From assembly GCA_964035575.1 (NCBI GenBank), contig OZ037838.1:496001-560000 (forward strand): a stretch of DNA of 64,000 bases, read 5' to 3'. Below the pieces are notes generated by a model. That model worked only from the letters and a program-made list of their open reading frames with translations, had not been told where the DNA came from and did not search any database. Every line of letters starts with the position of its first letter. Within the stretch, counting starts at the first letter, position 1. Positions 59,346-64,000 of the stretch are shown one piece after another. The DNA comes from Rhynchopus sp. YZ270_cl-10. Lineage: Eukaryota. A program made the translations under genes and the position numbers.

Positions 59346-60479
59346 CGTACAAAAAACTCATTATTAAACTTCTGGTCATCTCCAAGGCAACTGCGGGTGA
59401 AAAACACCCTCAGAGTGGGTCACAGGGGGCCTGTGGGCCGAAAAACGACCCAGAAGCCACCCCAGAATACAAAAAAATGGAAAAAAATAGTGAAAAAACG
59501 GCTTTTTTCACGTTTTGGCCATGTTGGGCAAAACAGCGATTTTTCAAGAAAAAAACCAAAAAACGGCATATTTTTTGACATCACAAAGCCTCCTTTGGCA
59601 CAAATATACCCCAAAAGTGGCCTGTGAGTCCATTCCAACCTGTTTTGGGCATATTTGACACTTTTGGAAGTGTTTTTTTGGTGTTTTCACGCTGAAAAAC
59701 GCCCCCAAAAAATCCTTGGACGGTCCTTGGACAGCACTGCCACCATTGCTCCGACCACATTCTCAGCCATATTTTTGCTTAAAACCCCCGAAAAAGGGCC
59801 CCCGGAACCCCAATCTTTCCAAATTTCCACCTCATCCCCACCCAAACACCGCAAAAACACGACAGAAAATCGTCTTAAAAACACACTTTTTTCAAAAAGG
59901 CTATTATGGAACCTGCCTGATGACCTTTTTGAAAAAAGTGTGTTTTTTAAGACGATTTTCTGTCGTGTTTTTGCGGTGTTTGGGTGGGGATGAGGTGGAA
60001 ATTTGGAAAGATTGGGGTTCCCGGGGCCCTTTTTCGGGGGTTTTAAGCAAAAATATGGCCGAGAATGTGGTCGGAGCAATGGTGGCAGTGCTGTCCAAGG
60101 ACCGTCCAAGGATTTTTTGGGGGTGTTTTTCAACGTGAAAACACCAAAAAAACACTTCCAAAAGTGTCAAATATGCCCAAAACAGGTTGGAATGGACTCA
60201 CAGGCCACTTTTGGGGTATATTTGTGCCAAAGGAGGCTTTGTGATGTCAAAAAATATGCCGTTTTTTGGTTTTTTTCTTGAAAAATCGCTGTTTTGCCCA
60301 ACATGGCCAAAACGTGAAAAAAGCCGTTTTTTCACTATTTTTCCCCATTTTTTTGTATTCTGGGGTGGCTTCTGGGTCGTTTTTCGACCCACAGGCCCCC
60401 TGTGACCCACTCTGAGGGTGTTTTTCACCCGCAGTTGCCTTGGAGATGACCAGAAGTTTAATAATGAGTTTTTTGTACG
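59346..60479. mobile_element. 1.13-kb near-perfect palindrome (foldback or MITE)
   Basis: Arms 59346-59900 and 59924-60479 with a 23-nt spacer; can be read as CAAAAAACTC...GAGTTTTTTG flanked by TA. Confidence 0.85.
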
Positions 60480-60714
60480 GTCATTTTACTCACATGTGGG
60501 CCCCCCCCCACGATTTTTTTCCCGGCTTTTGGGGGGGTGAAAATAAAATTTTTTTTTGGAAAATTTAAAAAAAATCTTGATGGTGTGCTCTTACTCCCCC
60601 CGATACCTTTCTCGCGCCCCAAGAACCATCTAAGGGAGTTAGAGGGTGGGCGTGTTTTCCTAGAATTTGACGGACGGAGCTCGTAGAACCCAACGAGGAA
60701 TGAGAAAAAAGCGG

Positions 60715-63700
60715 GGTCCTCACACATCTACCACCTACTACGCGAACTGGACGGCAGAGCCGATAAGTCGCAGCAGTACCCACTGACGGAGAACGGCACC
60801 ACCATCACCGACAACACAGCCAAAGCGAACATATTTGGTAGGCACTACTCAGACGTGAGCCGCAAAGACCCCACAGACACGGAGGACGTAGCCACAACAC
60901 CGACGGACGTCCCATACCACGAATCAGAGCGTGCCTTTACAATGCAGGAGCTCAACACCATCGTGAACAACCTGGAAGACAACAAAACACCAGGCATGGA
61001 CAACATACACAACGAGATGCTACGACACATGGGACCGGAGGCGAGGAAGGGTCTCCTGCGTATCATGAACCTCTCGTGGAGTAGTGGCACACTCCCACTG
61101 GAATGGACGACTTCTCTACTGATGCCCATCCACAAGCCTTCGAAACCGGACCACCTCCCTGCTTCGTACAGACCAATTGCACTGACGAGTACAGTGAGCA
61201 AGGTGCTCGAGCGCATGATCGGACACCGCCTACACCAGCTCATGGAAGACCCTGATGAGCAGTTCCCTAACCTCCACAAGGCCCAAGCAGGTTTCAGGAA
61301 AAAGAGATCCACGATCGACAGCATCGCACTGGTAACGCAACTGGCCAAGGACACAGTAGAGGAAGGACGCAGTGCAATCCTCCTCAAAGTCGACCTAGAG
61401 AAGGCGTACGACCGCCTCAAACGCAGTGCCATCCTACAACACCTGCACGACTTCCCACTCACGTACCAGAAATGGATTGGTGCATACCTCAGCAACAGAC
61501 GAGCAGCGGCGACCGTGGCAGGTCACGTCAGCGAGTTCTACGACATGGAGGAGGGAGTACCCCAAGGCACAGTGCTCTCCCCCCTACTCTTCAACGTAGT
61601 CATGGCAAACCTGGCGAAAACCCTAGAGTGCGTGGACGGACATGTGTGCATGTACGCCGACGACCTCGCAATCCTGTGCATTGGCAACAACACCGACGAA
61701 GCCGCTTTATCCGCACAAAAGGCTATCGAAGTACTTGAACGTGAACTCCCCCCAATGGGCCTCCGAATCTCCACCGACGACGACAAAACGAACCTCCTAG
61801 CCTTCACCACCAAGAAAGACCCCAACAACGTCAGAGACAAGCAATTCGCAGTGCACTACAGCAATGGGAAACGCGTGCCTACAACCCGACTGACACAGTA
61901 CCTCGGCATCCTAATAGATGACGAATGCAACATGATACAACACATGGAATCAGTGTGCACAAAGTACAAACAACGACTCTCCGTACTGTACGCACTAGGA
62001 GGCGAGGACTGGGGTGCGGAAGCAGACACCATGCGACAAGTGTACATGACATATGTGCTGCCCGTGCTCACCTACGGGATAGGAGTGTGGGGACACGCAC
62101 TGCCCAAGAAGAACCGAACCCATCTTGAGACCCTCCACCACGGCGCAGCCAGACTGATCACCGGCTGTCTACGCACCACAGCGACGGAGAACCTTCTCTG
62201 GGAGGCGAACCTACGATCAATCGCTGAAATTGCACAAGCGGAAGGAGCAAAGCTGTACGAGCGCGCCAACCGCATACATGACTCGCCCGCGTACACCGCC
62301 GTGCAGTCAACCAAAAAACACTCCAACACTACATGGCTTAGAGCAGCCACGAACACCGTTGAGGAAACAAAGATGTACACTCAGCACACAACTCGGAGCA
62401 CCATTGCGCTCCACTACCCTGTGCCCCCCTGGCAATGGGAGGAAGTACAGGATAAGCTTACGCTGCACCCCACCATCCCAGGAGTCCTCCGAGCGGACTC
62501 TAAACAAACCAAAGAGGAAGCTCTGGAAAAAACGCAGGAGGCCCTCGACAAGCTACCCCAGTACGACTACAGCACGTACACCGACGGATCACTGTCCGAC
62601 ACGAACATCGGCGGGGCGGGATGTGCAGTGACGGACGCTGACGACAACATGATCCACGTCTTCGGCAAGGGGGCAGGCAGGCGATGCGTGGCCTACCAAG
62701 CCGAGCAGACGGCAATCCGTGAGGCACTCACCGACCTTGCAAACCGCACCACTACCACCAAACACGCGAGAGTGGCGATCCTCACAGACAGCCAGTCCTC
62801 AATCCGCGCCCTAGAGGGAGGACCACAGAAGGCTGTCGAGCATTCACTGCACGACATATGGCGTGCGATACACACACTCACGCGCAAAGGAGTACGCGTA
62901 GACTTCCAGTACGTCCCAAGCCATATCGGCCTACCTGGAAACGAAGCTGCGGACAAAGAGGCAAAGCGGCACGCGAACGCCATGGTACCACAGCTGGAAC
63001 CCATAGCGATGATGACGGCCGCCTCTCAGATCAAGAGGGTGGCAGCGCAGCTCACCGTCACACCCACCGAAGACAGCGCATATGCGTGCCAGCACACCGA
63101 CGCCAAAGCGAAGACGAAGATACAACTCCGCCACCCGCAACTCCGCCCACAACGACTGACACGTAAGGGAGCGCGTGAGATGAGACTCCTGCGCACAAGA
63201 CGACACCCCCTCCTGTACACGGACAGGAGCCACAACGACACCCCCAACTGCAAGGCGTGCGGAAAGGCGAATGTGACGGCGAAGCACCTTCTGAAGCAAT
63301 GCCCCAAGCTCACCGACAAAAGAGCCAACCTGTGCAGCAACACCTCGTGGGGAACACTCCTCACACAACACCCAGCAGTGGTCCTGGAATTTTTGGTGTC
63401 CTCCGGATTGTCTGATGACACTCTGAGTGACCTTCTGAGGCCAACTGTAACGAACTGAAGAGAACACAACTTTTAGCTTTATTTGCTTTTACTTTTACAT
63501 TACTCATATCAACAAGAGGATACCAACAAAAAAAGAAAACATCAAGAGAACACACCGACCAGCATGTCAGCTGATCACGGGAACCTAAAAAAGGTTTCCA
63601 CTTTTGTCGTCAGGCCAGTGTCCTTAACGATGCTGCCACACCCTGAGGGGGAGGTGTGCTGTCTGTAAACCCTGTGTGGCAAACGGGGAGGTGACCTCCG

Positions 63701-63833
63701 TAAAACGGCAACCCGCACGTCCTAGATGTGAAAAACGGCACCAGCTGGGACACGGTCCCGGGTTTACTCTGGATAGAACAAAAAAGAGCGGCCACACTGC
63801 CTCGGCAGCGCTGAAGAGACGAGAGTGAATACC

Positions 63834-63867
<34 letters not shown>
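60715..63867 (+). mobile_element. 5'-truncated I/Ingi-group-like LINE, probably ending at the poly(A) at 63838-63867
   Basis: RT-RNase H domain order; no endonuclease domain upstream; 30-nt A tract about 380 nt after the stop. Boundaries approximate and no TSD found. Confidence 0.7.
60855..63458 (+). CDS. Non-LTR retrotransposon polyprotein (RT, RNase H, Zn knuckle), N-terminally truncated
   Basis: YRPIALTS, QAGFR, DLEKAYD, GVPQGTVLSPLLFN, YADD, YLG; RNase H YTDGS, AEQTAI, TDSQS, VPSHIGLPGNEAAD; CKAC..HLLKQCP. The frame stays open upstream to about 60690. Confidence 0.95.
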   Translation: MSRKDPTDTEDVATTPTDVPYHESERAFTMQELNTIVNNLEDNKTPGMDNIHNEMLRHMGPEARKGLLRIMNLSWSSGTLPLEWTTSLLMPIHKPSKPDHLPASYRPIALTSTVSKVLERMIGHRLHQLMEDPDEQFPNLHKAQAGFRKKRSTIDSIALVTQLAKDTVEEGRSAILLKVDLEKAYDRLKRSAILQHLHDFPLTYQKWIGAYLSNRRAAATVAGHVSEFYDMEEGVPQGTVLSPLLFNVVMANLAKTLECVDGHVCMYADDLAILCIGNNTDEAALSAQKAIEVLERELPPMGLRISTDDDKTNLLAFTTKKDPNNVRDKQFAVHYSNGKRVPTTRLTQYLGILIDDECNMIQHMESVCTKYKQRLSVLYALGGEDWGAEADTMRQVYMTYVLPVLTYGIGVWGHALPKKNRTHLETLHHGAARLITGCLRTTATENLLWEANLRSIAEIAQAEGAKLYERANRIHDSPAYTAVQSTKKHSNTTWLRAATNTVEETKMYTQHTTRSTIALHYPVPPWQWEEVQDKLTLHPTIPGVLRADSKQTKEEALEKTQEALDKLPQYDYSTYTDGSLSDTNIGGAGCAVTDADDNMIHVFGKGAGRRCVAYQAEQTAIREALTDLANRTTTTKHARVAILTDSQSSIRALEGGPQKAVEHSLHDIWRAIHTLTRKGVRVDFQYVPSHIGLPGNEAADKEAKRHANAMVPQLEPIAMMTAASQIKRVAAQLTVTPTEDSAYACQHTDAKAKTKIQLRHPQLRPQRLTRKGAREMRLLRTRRHPLLYTDRSHNDTPNCKACGKANVTAKHLLKQCPKLTDKRANLCSNTSWGTLLTQHPAVVLEFLVSSGLSDDTLSDLLRPTVTN

Positions 63868-63871
<4 letters not shown>

Positions 63872-64000
63872 AGGGCGAAATCATAAAAGTAGCGTACCGT
63901 GCGCCTGCGGCGCAAGCTTACTGTAAATTGTATGACATGGTACTGGGTACTTAACTCAAAAAAGTGGACGGCATCTAAAAATTTCCGCCTGCGGCGCGGC

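Noticed and set aside
59099..60428. Mirror-image ORFs on both strands
   Set aside because: They are a by-product of the palindrome, with low-complexity Lys/Phe-rich translations.
786..63458. Diversity-generating retroelement (RT plus variable repeats)
   Set aside because: The RT is a non-LTR type with RNase H. Differences between copies are not adenine-specific and include indels, and no template/variable repeat pair is present.
63811..63838. Hammerhead ribozyme core before the poly(A) (ctgaagagacgagagtgaataccaagta)
   Set aside because: CUGANGA and GAA are present, but the G10.1-C11.1 and A15.1-U16.1 pairs are not, and no stem I partner is visible.

Overview
Eukaryotic, repeat-rich genomic DNA, probably from a protist. 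All recognisable host genes lie on the minus strand, most are intronless and one has a canonical GT-AG intron; a euglenozoan, diplonemid-like source is my inference only. The window is dominated by two tandem clusters (786-22526 and 38238-56560) holding 19 copies of one gene family: a near-invariant ~72-aa N-terminal ubiquitin-like (UBL) domain fused to a 7-bladed beta-propeller. Copy-to-copy variation concentrates in the loops predicted to form the propeller's ligand-binding top face, and variant segments are shared patchily between copies (mosaics). Eleven copies are intact, two of them fused to a helical C-terminal extension; eight are disrupted. This looks like a diversified receptor/adaptor repertoire with a constant effector end. 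Other genes: a divergent UBL-propeller ending in a CaaX-like motif, a degenerate kinesin-motor/UBL protein, an FtsX/MacB-type permease whose true last exon lies beyond an intron, and a USB1-like phosphodiesterase. Mobile DNA: a 5'-truncated RT-RNase H non-LTR retrotransposon, a second retroposon family ending in a stem-loop plus T-rich tail, several MITEs with TIRs and TSDs, a 1.13-kb palindrome, and 40-bp and 7-bp tandem arrays. There is a 200-N assembly gap at 11583-11782. All domain calls are by-eye motif recognition; no searches were run.
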